From: Eubacteriales bacterium
Lineage (GTDB): Bacteria; Bacillota; Clostridia; Oscillospirales; CAG-272
Assembly: GCA_045643885.1 (NCBI GenBank)
Contig: JAZRFY010000027.1
Coordinates: 8,230 to 72,229, forward strand
Length of the DNA: 64,000 nucleotides
Direction: 5' to 3'
Shown here piece by piece: positions 28,402-38,399 of this stretch (positions are counted from its first letter, which is position 1; each line of letters opens with the position of its first letter). The position numbers were made by a program, and so were the translations under genes. A model generated the notes under the pieces. It did no database searches and had not been told where the DNA came from. It saw nothing but the letters and a program-made list of their open reading frames with translations.

Positions 28402-30204
28402 ATGAAAAAAATCGTTTTATTAATGCTCGTGCTTGCGCTTGCTTTGTCAACTGTTGCGTGCTTTGATGCAGGTGTAACAAATACTACAAGCAATAAAGCA
28501 ACTAATACAACGTCTACTTCCGTGACCACAAACGGAAATGGTGAAAACCCTCCAAGTGAAGACTTGTTGCCAGATTTCTGCAAATCCGTTGAGGGTTCTA
28601 ATGAGATGATAGCTGTGACACTCGATGATACTTATAATTATGACGTGTATTATAAGAAAACATCGGATGACGATTATTCAAAGCTTGATAATCAGCTTAT
28701 TATTGAAGCAAATGGTGAAACCAAGTGTTATATTCTTGGAATTTCAGCAGGTAAATATGAGGTTAAGATTGATTTCATGGGTAAAGCAACCGAGGATATG
28801 GGTCATTTTGTTGCTCATAATATTTCAGTTTCTGCCCAGGATAGAAGCGGATATGCTCATTTTAACGCGAACGAGGGCGTTGGCGCTTACAATAGCGACG
28901 GCACTGTAAAAGAGGGCGCAAAGATAATCTACGTTACCAACGAAACTAAAAATACTGTTACATGTGAAATTAATGGTGAAACATATACCGGTCTTGTAAA
29001 CATTTTGCAGGCACAGTATAAATCAAGCACACCTATGCTTGTTCGTATCATCGGCAAGATTACAACCAACCAGTGGAATTATAAAAATGTTGAACCCCGC
29101 CTTGCAGATAACTCAAATGCGACAAGTGATTTCTTTGAAAACACCTTCTCAAATGAATACGGTGAAAACCTTGCAAATCTTATAGTTAAGGTAAATTGCA
29201 AGGGTGGAGATCCTAAAACATATAATTACAAGACCACACCCACAGGGCTTACCGATGCAAGAATAACAGGAACAAGCTCATCAACAACTACTTATAAGGG
29301 AAGTGATTTCTCCTCTCTTAAGGGCAAAACAGTATACGATGACGATTCCTATTACAATATGCTCGAGGTAAAGGGCTCAAGCAATATCACTATCGAGGGT
29401 GTTGGCACTGATGCAGAGATTTTCCAATTTGGAATCAGCTTTGAAGAGTGCAACAATATCGAGATAAAGAATCTTACCTTCACAGACTATCCAGAGGATG
29501 CTCTCAACTTCCTTGGTGGTGACAGAAGTGACCTTGGAAGCTTCAACAGATATTGGGTGCATAGCTGTACCTTCAACCGTGGCTATAATGCCTGGGATAT
29601 TTCAGGTGAACGCGATAAGTATGCAGGTGACGGAACAATTGACTTTAATAACGTGTCATACGTAACCGTGGCATATAACAAGTTTGACAACCCCAAAAAG
29701 ACCATGCTCTTTGGCAGCAGTGACTCTCAGGCTTGTATGAATATGACCGTCCATCATAACTATTTCTACAAGGTTGAATCACGCTTGCCCCTTGGCCGTC
29801 ATACAAACGTCCACGCGTATAATAACTACTATGAAGAGTGTGGCAACTGTGCAGACCTCAGAGCAGGCTCATACATCTTTAGTGAGAACAATTATTTCGA
29901 TTCCACGTCCAAGCCCTTCATTCTTTCATCGAGCTATGCAAAGTCCTTTGGTGATATCTTTGTGGACGGTGGAAATCCCAATGCAAATATTGTTTCCTCA
30001 AGAGCTGAAACTGTGACAAGCACCTGCAAGCCCGACGGCTCAACGGATATGTCCAATTTCGATACGAAAGCTTCAGTTTTCTATTACGACAGTACAAACA
30101 AGAAGAGTGACGTTTCACTTATGCTTGATGCCGAGGACGTTCCTGCCTTCGTTAAGGATCATGCAGGCGCAGGTATGTTCAATTTAATTGAAACAGAAGA
30201 GTAA
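28402..30204 (+). CDS. secreted lipoprotein with a PL1-type pectate-lyase-fold domain
   Basis: Lipobox LSTVAC. Motifs WVHSCTF...DGTIDF...VTVAYNKF...KTMLFGSSDS...MTVHHNYF...SRLPLGRHTNVHAYNNYY parallel the PL1 signature (vWiDH / hhN.f / R.P..R / H.yNN.y). Confidence 0.75.
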   Translation: MKKIVLLMLVLALALSTVACFDAGVTNTTSNKATNTTSTSVTTNGNGENPPSEDLLPDFCKSVEGSNEMIAVTLDDTYNYDVYYKKTSDDDYSKLDNQLIIEANGETKCYILGISAGKYEVKIDFMGKATEDMGHFVAHNISVSAQDRSGYAHFNANEGVGAYNSDGTVKEGAKIIYVTNETKNTVTCEINGETYTGLVNILQAQYKSSTPMLVRIIGKITTNQWNYKNVEPRLADNSNATSDFFENTFSNEYGENLANLIVKVNCKGGDPKTYNYKTTPTGLTDARITGTSSSTTTYKGSDFSSLKGKTVYDDDSYYNMLEVKGSSNITIEGVGTDAEIFQFGISFEECNNIEIKNLTFTDYPEDALNFLGGDRSDLGSFNRYWVHSCTFNRGYNAWDISGERDKYAGDGTIDFNNVSYVTVAYNKFDNPKKTMLFGSSDSQACMNMTVHHNYFYKVESRLPLGRHTNVHAYNNYYEECGNCADLRAGSYIFSENNYFDSTSKPFILSSSYAKSFGDIFVDGGNPNANIVSSRAETVTSTCKPDGSTDMSNFDTKASVFYYDSTNKKSDVSLMLDAEDVPAFVKDHAGAGMFNLIETEE

Positions 30205-30295
30205 AATTAATATTTTAACGGGAAAATGCGCTTGTATTTTCCCGTTTTCTATGGTATAATAATATAAAATCAATTAAGAAAAGAGGTACTTTTAT

Positions 30296-31399
30296 ATGAG
30301 CAGAAGATTCAGAATGACAACGGCTCTTGACGTTGATGACGTTTTGCTTGAATGTGTGCCTTACGCGATAAAGCTGGCAAATGAAAAATATAAATTCGAT
30401 CCTCCGCTTACTATCCACGAGGTTGACCGTTGGGGTAAGCTTGGAACACGCGCCGACGTAATATTCGAATTCTTTACCGAGGAATTTTTTAGAACGCAGC
30501 CCGTAATTGAGGGTGCTAAGGAATTCATTCGCAAGCTCTCACAGATGACCGAGGTGTTTATCTGCACGTCAGTTTACCCTCAGTTTATGAGCATTAGAGC
30601 TGAGATGATTATGCGCGAATTTCCCGAGATACCTCCCGAAAATATCTATATGGCGTCGAGAAAGGATAAGCTCAACGTTGATATCCTCCTTGACGACGGT
30701 ATGCACAACGTATTCAAGTCCAATGCAGCGTATCCCATTCTTATGCGCCGTCCTTGGAACCAAAGTGCAACGGGCATGCTTGCAGTAAATAACTATGACG
30801 AATTCTTAAAGCTTGTTGAGGTTATCAGCTCAAGCTATTCAATGATGAAGGACGATTATAAAAATCCCTCAATCGTTGCATTGGTAGGACCTTCCGGCTC
30901 GGGCAAAACAAAGATTGCAGCAGAGCTTCTTGAAAAAGAATCAAGATTTGAAAAGCTTCAAAGCTACACTACGATAGATCCCACGTCAATCACAAGCAAC
31001 GAGTGGTATAACTACATTGACAAGGCTGAATTTTTCAGTATGCTTGACAAGAAGGAGCTTTTTGAATCCACCATGTATGCAGGTCACGGCTTCGGCTCTA
31101 AGAAGAGTGACGTTGATGCCATTATCGGTGAAGGAAAGATTGTTCTTGCGATTATGGATATCTGTGGTGCGATGTCACTTAAAACTCACTATAAGGACGT
31201 TGTTACAGTTTATATCAAGCGAGATAAACGCGACCTGCTCAATTCCATTCTTGAAAAGAACAGCACCAACGAGGACAAGGTCAATAGAATAATCTCTATC
31301 GACGATGAAAGACGAAACGAGGAGATTTGCGACTATGTCGTTGAAAGTGATGGAAACTCAGTTGCTGCTGCGGAAAAGATTCTTGAGCTTTTGTTTTAA
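30296..31399 (+). CDS. fusion protein: NT5C-type 5'(3')-deoxyribonucleotidase (HAD) domain plus guanylate-kinase-like P-loop domain
   Basis: N-terminal half has ALDVDDVLLE (DxDxV) ... ILLDDGMHN. C-terminal half has VGPSGSGKT and SYTTIDPT...YNYI...GFGSK...AIMDICGA, with GK-like topology. Confidence 0.75.
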   Translation: MSRRFRMTTALDVDDVLLECVPYAIKLANEKYKFDPPLTIHEVDRWGKLGTRADVIFEFFTEEFFRTQPVIEGAKEFIRKLSQMTEVFICTSVYPQFMSIRAEMIMREFPEIPPENIYMASRKDKLNVDILLDDGMHNVFKSNAAYPILMRRPWNQSATGMLAVNNYDEFLKLVEVISSSYSMMKDDYKNPSIVALVGPSGSGKTKIAAELLEKESRFEKLQSYTTIDPTSITSNEWYNYIDKAEFFSMLDKKELFESTMYAGHGFGSKKSDVDAIIGEGKIVLAIMDICGAMSLKTHYKDVVTVYIKRDKRDLLNSILEKNSTNEDKVNRIISIDDERRNEEICDYVVESDGNSVAAAEKILELLF

Positions 31400-31407
31400 A
31401 TAAAAAA

Positions 31408-31434
31408 ACCTGACCGTATGGGTCAGGTTTTTTA
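31408..31434. terminator. bidirectional terminator
   Basis: Stem acctgacc-gtatg-ggtcaggt, flanked by A7 and T6 between convergent genes. Confidence 0.75.
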
Positions 31435-31435
31435 T

Positions 31436-32068
31436 TTATGCTTTTTTCTTTAAAAGGCTCATGATTTTGGGAGTAAGTATCTTTTCCATTTTGTAAACGA
31501 AGTATGCAATACCTGCTGCCACAACGATGCCACCGTAAATATCGGTGGGGAAATGAACGAAAACGTAAAGTCTTGTAAATGCCATAATAGCAGCCATTAC
31601 CAAAATAACCTTGCCAAGCTTTTTGTGCTGTGAATTGATTGTAAAGGCCACTGCAAAGGCAGAGGTTGTGTGACCGGAGGGGAATGAGAATGATGATGGA
31701 ACCTTAACGAGGCCGTCAACAAACACTGCATAATCACCTGCACAAGGACGAGGTCTTGCGATGAGGTTTTTAAGGATGATATTGTTAACAACAAGCATTA
31801 CAAGGAGTGCTGCAAGAACCATGATGCCACATTTTCTTGTCTTTTTGGGAATTAGCATCAACACACCAAGTGCAATCCAGATTATTCCGTCCTCACCAAG
31901 AGAGGTGTAAAAGGGAACGGCAACATTTAAAAAGTCATTTCTTATATAGTTGCGAATAAAGAATAAGATGTCATAGTCGAATCTGAATAAGAGAAGTCCG
32001 ATTTCAACAATGAGCAATCCGTATAGAAATATAAGAATATATTTCTGCTTTTTGTTTTGATCAAGCAT
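31436..32068 (-). CDS. PAP2-family lipid phosphatase (BcrC/undecaprenyl-diphosphatase-like)
   Basis: Motifs KNLIARPRP, PSGHT and TRLYVFVHFPTD (the KxxxxxxRP / PSGH / SRxxxxxHxxxD pattern). Confidence 0.85.
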   Translation of the reverse strand: MLDQNKKQKYILIFLYGLLIVEIGLLLFRFDYDILFFIRNYIRNDFLNVAVPFYTSLGEDGIIWIALGVLMLIPKKTRKCGIMVLAALLVMLVVNNIILKNLIARPRPCAGDYAVFVDGLVKVPSSFSFPSGHTTSAFAVAFTINSQHKKLGKVILVMAAIMAFTRLYVFVHFPTDIYGGIVVAAGIAYFVYKMEKILTPKIMSLLKKKA

Positions 32069-32084
32069 AGTGTTTTTTCCTTTC

Positions 32085-32747
32085 TCAATTAAAATATTCT
32101 AAAAGCTCGGTCGGTGAGTCGATTACGTGTGTAGCGCCGCTATCGTAAAGCTTGTCCTTGGAAAGATATCCCCAAGAGACAGAAAGGCTTTCAAATCCTG
32201 CATTTTTAGCAGTGAGGATATCGATATTACTGTCACCTATAAGAATGCATTCTTCGGGCAAAAATCCAAGCTCGTCGGCTAATTTAAGGGCAACTGTAGG
32301 CTCAGGCTTTGCAGGCAGTCCGCTGACTGTTCCGTAAGCAGCTTTACACAAGCCCTCTGGTAAAAGCTGCTTTATAAGTGCCTTTACGTATTCATCCTGC
32401 TTGTTTGATAAAACGGCTATCGTATAGCGCTCTGAGAGGGATATGACAGCCTCTGAAATGCCATCGTAAAGCTTGTCTGTGTGCATATATGTTTTTTCAT
32501 ATGTTTTATCGTATGTAGCAAGTGCTAAGTCAACTATATCGGGATTACCCTCAGCCACACCGTCAGGAAGAGCTCTTGACATAAGATAACGTGGACCTCG
32601 TCCTATAAAGCTTTCTATCTCAGCATTTGTGCGAGGTGGAAGCTCTAATTGCAAAAGAGCCATATTGACTGCTTCGGTAATTGCAGGTATGGTGTCGGCA
32701 AGTGTCCCATCAAGATCAAAGATGAGTGCCTTTAAACAAGATTTCAT
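32085..32747 (-). CDS. HAD-superfamily phosphatase (phosphoglycolate phosphatase-like)
   Basis: LIFDLDGTLADT, SNK and IGDSNIDILTAKNAG. I chose the ATG at 32747 after GAAGGAAA. Confidence 0.85.
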   Translation of the reverse strand: MKSCLKALIFDLDGTLADTIPAITEAVNMALLQLELPPRTNAEIESFIGRGPRYLMSRALPDGVAEGNPDIVDLALATYDKTYEKTYMHTDKLYDGISEAVISLSERYTIAVLSNKQDEYVKALIKQLLPEGLCKAAYGTVSGLPAKPEPTVALKLADELGFLPEECILIGDSNIDILTAKNAGFESLSVSWGYLSKDKLYDSGATHVIDSPTELLEYFN

Positions 32748-32940
32748 AAAATTTCCTTCAAAGTAAGAATATATAAATATTATATCATAGATTTTTTCGT
32801 GTGTCAAATGTATTTGTTGTCAAATAACACAAAAAAACATCTAAAAAAATCAAAAATTCCGTAATAATTGCTATATGATATTTAATAAAAAAGTGTTATA
32901 ATAGATTGGTGAATTTTTTATTATTATATGGAGGCATAAA

Positions 32941-34782
32941 GTGGTAAGAGAAGATTTAAGAAATGTTGCAATTATAGCACACGTTGACCACGGTAAGACA
33001 ACTCTCGTTGACCAGCTTTTGAAGCAGGGTGGTATCTATAGAGAGAATCAGGCTACTGAAGAAAGAGTAATGGACTCTAATGACCTTGAGCGTGAAAGAG
33101 GCATTACCATTCTTGCAAAGAATACCGCAGTTAATTACAACGGCGTAAAGATCAATATTATCGATACTCCCGGACACGCCGACTTCGGTGGTGAGGTTGA
33201 GCGTATACTTAAGATGGTAAACGGCGTTATCTTGCTTGTTGACGCAGCAGAGGGTCCCATGCCCCAGACTCGTTTCGTTTTGCAGAGAGCGCTTGAGCTT
33301 AATCATAGAGTTATCGTAGTAGTAAATAAAATAGATAAGCCCGATGCACGTATTTCCGAGGTTATCGACGAGGTTCTTGAGCTTCTTATCGACCTTGGCG
33401 CAAATGACGAGCAGCTTGACAGCCCCATGCTTTTCTGCTCAGGTAGAGCAGGTACTGCAAGTGAGGATATGGATAAACAGGGAACAGACCTTAAGCCCTT
33501 GTTTGAGAAGATTCTTGATTATATTCCAGCTCCCGAGGGTGACGATGAGGGCGACCTTCAGCTCCTTATCTCCTCAATCGACTATAACGATTTTGTTGGT
33601 CGTATCGGTATCGGTAGAGTAGAGCGCGGTACAATAAAGCAGGGACAGGAGGTTATGATTTCCAACTTCCACTCTAAAGCAGCTCCCAAGAGAGCAAAGA
33701 TCATTTCTCTTTACCAGATAAACGGTCTTGGAAGAGTTCAGGTTGAAAATGCAAAGATCGGTGATATCGTTTGCTTCTCAGGAGCTGAAAATATCACTAT
33801 CGGTGATACTATCACATCCACAACATGCATCGAGCCCCTTGAATTCGTTAAGGTAAGTGAGCCTACAATGGAAATGACGTTTGCTGTTAACGATAGCCCC
33901 TTGGCAGGCCAGGAGGGTAAGTTCGTAACGTCCCGTCAGATTCGTGACAGACTCTATCGCGAGCTTCTTAAGGACGTATCTCTTCGTGTAAACGACGGTG
34001 ACACAACCGACTCCTTCAAGGTAGCGGGCAGAGGTGAAATGCACCTCTCAATCCTCATCGAAAACATGAGAAGAGAGGGCTTTGAGCTTATGTGCTCCAA
34101 CCCCCGAGTTCTTTATAAGGAAATCGACGGCGTTAAGTGCGAGCCCATGGAAAGAGTTACTCTTGACGTGCCCTGCGATTACGTTGGTTCAGTTATTGAA
34201 AAGCTTGGCAGACGTAAGGGTGACCTTATCGAGATGGTTCCTATCGGAAACAGAATGAGAGTTGAATACTCCATCCCCTCACGTTGTCTTTTCGGATACC
34301 GTTCTGAATTCTTGACCGACACAAGAGGTGAAGGTCTTATAAATACACTCTTTGACGGATATCAGCCCTATAAGGGTGAGGTAACTATGAGATTTACAGG
34401 TTGCCTTATCGCGTCCGAAAACGGTGAAACAACAAGATACGGTCTTTATAATACACAGGAAAGAGGACGCCTCTTCGTTGGTCCTCAGACAAAGGTTTAT
34501 GAGGGTATGATCATCGGTGAAAACCCCAAGAATGATGATATCGCAGTTAATCCCTGTAAGGAAAAGCACCTCACAGCCATCCGTTCAACAGGCGCTGATG
34601 AAAAGCTCCTTTTGACACCTCCTCAGATATTCACACTTGAGGAAGCAATTGAGTATATCAATGACGACGAGCTTATCGAGGTAACACCCAAGTCCATCAG
34701 ACTTCGCAAGAAGATTCTTAATACTGAGCTTCGTATGAAGGCACAGATGAGAGCAAGACGTGGAATCATTGACATTAAATAA
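32941..34782 (+). CDS. typA: translational GTPase TypA/BipA
   Basis: GTG start 8 nt after [23 protein letters not shown] and NKID motifs. 613 aa. Confidence 0.95.
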   Translation: MVREDLRNVAIIAHVDHGKTTLVDQLLKQGGIYRENQATEERVMDSNDLERERGITILAKNTAVNYNGVKINIIDTPGHADFGGEVERILKMVNGVILLVDAAEGPMPQTRFVLQRALELNHRVIVVVNKIDKPDARISEVIDEVLELLIDLGANDEQLDSPMLFCSGRAGTASEDMDKQGTDLKPLFEKILDYIPAPEGDDEGDLQLLISSIDYNDFVGRIGIGRVERGTIKQGQEVMISNFHSKAAPKRAKIISLYQINGLGRVQVENAKIGDIVCFSGAENITIGDTITSTTCIEPLEFVKVSEPTMEMTFAVNDSPLAGQEGKFVTSRQIRDRLYRELLKDVSLRVNDGDTTDSFKVAGRGEMHLSILIENMRREGFELMCSNPRVLYKEIDGVKCEPMERVTLDVPCDYVGSVIEKLGRRKGDLIEMVPIGNRMRVEYSIPSRCLFGYRSEFLTDTRGEGLINTLFDGYQPYKGEVTMRFTGCLIASENGETTRYGLYNTQERGRLFVGPQTKVYEGMIIGENPKNDDIAVNPCKEKHLTAIRSTGADEKLLLTPPQIFTLEEAIEYINDDELIEVTPKSIRLRKKILNTELRMKAQMRARRGIIDIK

Positions 34783-34792
34783 TTAATAAAAA

Positions 34793-34820
34793 GAAGCACG
34801 GAAAATTCCGTGCTTCTTTT
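34793..34820. terminator. bidirectional terminator between typA and addA
   Basis: 10-bp stem gaagcacgga/tccgtgcttc with a 4-nt loop, flanked by an A-run and a T-run. Confidence 0.8.
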
Positions 34821-37800
34821 TTATAATTTGATTTCCACTGCTTCACCAAACGGAAGCGAGTAGATAAGAATACTGTCAGGTCGTTTGCCAAGAAATCTTT
34901 CAATTGCCATTGAATAGTATTCAAGCTGACGTCCGTGACGCTCAGTCATCTTTTTAATAACGAGAGGTTCGTTGCCTGCTTCTTCGGGAGTGAGATAATC
35001 GGTCTTGTAGTCGCAAAGGATAATATTGCCGTTTTTATCCTCAAAGAAGAGGTCGATAACACCTTGAACAAGAATTTCTTCATCCTTGATATCATCCTTA
35101 AAATCAGCATCCTGAGTAAAATGCGATGCAGGGAGCAAGATATTAAATCTTTGCTCGCGATACGTTTTCTTTGCATTTTTAAGGAGCTTATAGAAATCAC
35201 TTTCAAAGAATTTTGCTATTTGATTCTTGTTGATAAGCTCAGCCACCTGAGGTGAAATGAAGGCCTTGCTTACAAGTCTTGCAAGCTCGTTTTCAACGCC
35301 GTTTTTTTCGGCATTTTCGAAATTGCAAAACTGCAGGAAAAGGTGTGTTGCAGTACCTCTGTCGGCACTTGTGGACTTTGACTTGCTTTCGAAAAATTCC
35401 TCAATTTCAAGGATTTTTGCCTCGTCAAAGCTTTCAAGAGTTGCCGCATCGTTGTCAATATCGTCAAGTACTGTGGGAGTGAGCTTTGAAACGGAAAGCT
35501 TGGCAGGTAACTTGCTAAGATGTGCATATGAGTAGGAGAAATCAAGTCTTCTGCGAATGGTTTCCATCTCCTCGTTTGTCAGACCTGCACTCGTTTTTAC
35601 CACTTTTTCGGTGCTGTTGTCTTGCTCAAAGTAATCAATAAGGTCGTCCTTTTCGATTTCGGTGAAATTATAGCTTATTCCGTCCTTTAAGGGATAGATA
35701 GCGCCAAGAATCATAGAGAGCCAGGAATTGCATCTTCTGATATTGAAATCGTTTGCAAAGGTTGACGTCATATACGCCTTTTCATTTAGCGTATTGAGAT
35801 ATGACTGAGTATGAGCACTTATATAAAGTCTTTCTCTTGCTCTTGTTAAAGCAACGTAGAGAATTCTCATTTCCTCGTCAATTTGTGCATTGTATAACTC
35901 AATGGCAACTGCCTCTCTTATGGGGGTGTTAAGACAAGCCATGCCGCCCTCATAGGCAAGCTTTAAGCCGATACCCACACGGGGATGATAGAGAAGATTT
36001 TCACTCAAATCGTCCATATTAAAGCGATGATGTGTATTGCACACAAAGCAAACGGGGAATTCAAGTCCCTTGGATTTGTGAGCCGTTACCATTTGCACGG
36101 CATTGGAGTCGGCGTCGCTTAGAGTGAACGAAGGCACCTTTTTGTTTGCAATAAGCTCGTTGATATAGGAGATAAAGTTGTTAAGTCCTTTGAAGGAGCC
36201 GGATTCGAAAAGTCTTGCCATCTCATAAAGTCTTGTCAGATTTTTAGAGTTTGCATTTTCATAAGAGCTCATGGAAAGATCTCTGTAAATATAACTCAAA
36301 AGCTTGTCTATCGGCATAGAGGTCGCCTTGCTTCTATATTCGGTGAGCTTTGAAATGAAATACTCGTTTTTTGCTTTTATCGTTTCGTTGCTTCCACTGT
36401 ATTCCTTCAATGCCTCAAAGATCGAAAGAGAAGGGTCGGCGCTCTTTCTTATCTCGATAAGCTCGTCCATCGTGTAAGAGAAGATGGGTGAGTATAATGA
36501 TGCCGCACAGGGGATATCTCTGTGGGGATTATCTATGGTTGAAAGTAATGAAAGCACCAAAAGAACGTCGGGTGTTTCAAAAAGATCGAATTTAGTGTTG
36601 TCAGCACAGGGGATATTGTAAAGTGCCAATGCCCTTGCAATATCACTTGCAGGAGTAACCGTTCTCATGATGATCGCGATATCACGGGGCTCGATCTTTG
36701 TATCGTCGGCTTTTCTTTCGTACTTGATGAGTCGGTCTATCTCCTTGGCGATCCAAAGAGCTTCACCGTTGATATCTATGCTTTCTTCCTTGTCGGATTC
36801 TTCGTCCTTTGGTTGCTTTGGAAATACGGCAACGTTTACTTTGGGTGAAGGAAGTGTTCTGCCCGGCTCATCCTTTGAGAAGATGAGATCGTCGCTTGGA
36901 GTATATTCGATGCTTTCTCCACAGTTTCCGAAAAGGAAAGAGAAGATTTTGTTTGTGAACTTGATTACGTTGTCATCGCAACGGAAGTTGTTAGACATGA
37001 ATATAAGTCCACAATCATCGTCACTGCTTTCATCATAGAGAGGAAAGCTCTTTTTATAGCTTGCGAAAACGTCGGAATCCGCACCTCTGAAGCCATAGAT
37101 GCTTTGCTTGATATCACCAACCATAAATCGGTTGTTTCCTCTTGAAATGAGTGTGAATATCTTATCCTGCAGCATATCAACGTCCTGATATTCGTCGATA
37201 TAGATTTCGTCATATTGCTCCTTATATGCAAGAGCTATGTCACTTGGAGAGCCGTCCTCGTTTGTGAGAAGCTCGTATGCAAAGTGACTGATATCGGCAA
37301 AAGCAAAAGCCTTTCTCTTGATTTTTTCTTTAAGACCTTCCTCTTCAAATTCTGCCAGGACGTTGTAAAGAGAACGAAGGATTTTTGCAGTTTCCCTCAT
37401 CGTCTGCTTAATGCTGTCCTCATCTAAGGAGAAGTATTTTGGAGCTATGCCTTCGATAAACTTCTTTTCTTCTTCTCTGAAGGAAAGACAAGCAACGATT
37501 TCGTCCGTCTTGTACTCCTTTGAAAGATTTTTGAGATTTTGAGGCTTGAATGAAAGCACAAGATCTCTTGATTTGTTGTAGTCGTTTTCTTCAAGCGCCA
37601 AAACAAGATTTTCAAAGAACTTCTTGTCACTTGAAAATGCGGCAAGATAAGCAGTCGACGCATGCTCTTCTTCTAAAATTATGCTGCAGCAATGCTCAAG
37701 TGTTTTGTAATAGCTTTTCGCACCACTGAGAAGATATGAATAAATAACCTTTCCTTGACGCGAATCAAAGAAAAATCCGTCAGCCTCGGTTTCAAGCTCG

Positions 37801-38399
37801 TTGGCTAATGAAAGGAGGATGGAAATACCTTCAAGCTTTGAAGCCAATTTCTCGTGCAAGTTAAGGAATACTTCGGAAAGAGCATCGCTTTGCTTGGCAC
37901 TTGTAAAGTTTTCAACAAAGCTCAAAAATCCGTCATCGTTTTCGGAAGAAGCATCGTAATGCTTTTCTATGATGCTGTCCATAACCTCCTTGCGAAGAAG
38001 AGCCATTTCACCCTCGTCCGCGAGTCTGAAATTAGAGGGAAGTCCAAGTCTTTGGAAATTGGAGCGGACCAAATCGAGATAAAATGAGTCGATTGTGCAT
38101 ATTCTGGCACTTTCAAGCATAACAAGCTGCTTTGAGAGATGCTTGCTTGTGGGATTTTTTATAAGCTCTTCGGAAATAGCCGAAGAGATTTTTCTTTTAA
38201 GATCGGCTGCAGAAAGACGTGTGAAGGTAACTATCAGCATCCTTGAGATAGAGGCGGGTGCCTCTTCGTCGGTGAGCTTTCTTACTATTCTTTCGGTAAG
38301 TGTTGCAGTCTTGCCTGAGCCTGCCGCGGCAGAAATGAGCAAGGTCTTGTTTCTTGCATCAATTGCCTGTCTTTGCATTGGTGTCCAATTCTTACCCAT
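34821..38399 (-). CDS. addA: ATP-dependent helicase/nuclease subunit A
   Basis: UvrD-type motifs (AAAGSGKTATL, DEYQD) and a C-terminal RecB-type nuclease (GVIDLFF...DYKTD). 1192 aa. Lies downstream of addB. Confidence 0.9.
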   Translation of the reverse strand: MGKNWTPMQRQAIDARNKTLLISAAAGSGKTATLTERIVRKLTDEEAPASISRMLIVTFTRLSAADLKRKISSAISEELIKNPTSKHLSKQLVMLESARICTIDSFYLDLVRSNFQRLGLPSNFRLADEGEMALLRKEVMDSIIEKHYDASSENDDGFLSFVENFTSAKQSDALSEVFLNLHEKLASKLEGISILLSLANELETEADGFFFDSRQGKVIYSYLLSGAKSYYKTLEHCCSIILEEEHASTAYLAAFSSDKKFFENLVLALEENDYNKSRDLVLSFKPQNLKNLSKEYKTDEIVACLSFREEEKKFIEGIAPKYFSLDEDSIKQTMRETAKILRSLYNVLAEFEEEGLKEKIKRKAFAFADISHFAYELLTNEDGSPSDIALAYKEQYDEIYIDEYQDVDMLQDKIFTLISRGNNRFMVGDIKQSIYGFRGADSDVFASYKKSFPLYDESSDDDCGLIFMSNNFRCDDNVIKFTNKIFSFLFGNCGESIEYTPSDDLIFSKDEPGRTLPSPKVNVAVFPKQPKDEESDKEESIDINGEALWIAKEIDRLIKYERKADDTKIEPRDIAIIMRTVTPASDIARALALYNIPCADNTKFDLFETPDVLLVLSLLSTIDNPHRDIPCAASLYSPIFSYTMDELIEIRKSADPSLSIFEALKEYSGSNETIKAKNEYFISKLTEYRSKATSMPIDKLLSYIYRDLSMSSYENANSKNLTRLYEMARLFESGSFKGLNNFISYINELIANKKVPSFTLSDADSNAVQMVTAHKSKGLEFPVCFVCNTHHRFNMDDLSENLLYHPRVGIGLKLAYEGGMACLNTPIREAVAIELYNAQIDEEMRILYVALTRARERLYISAHTQSYLNTLNEKAYMTSTFANDFNIRRCNSWLSMILGAIYPLKDGISYNFTEIEKDDLIDYFEQDNSTEKVVKTSAGLTNEEMETIRRRLDFSYSYAHLSKLPAKLSVSKLTPTVLDDIDNDAATLESFDEAKILEIEEFFESKSKSTSADRGTATHLFLQFCNFENAEKNGVENELARLVSKAFISPQVAELINKNQIAKFFESDFYKLLKNAKKTYREQRFNILLPASHFTQDADFKDDIKDEEILVQGVIDLFFEDKNGNIILCDYKTDYLTPEEAGNEPLVIKKMTERHGRQLEYYSMAIERFLGKRPDSILIYSLPFGEAVEIKL

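Noticed and set aside
28140-28583. 147-aa minus-strand ORF overlapping the small ORF and the lipoprotein start
   Set aside because: It is antisense to two plus-strand genes that have good ribosome-binding sites, and it would run into the ssrA promoter. No motifs were found.
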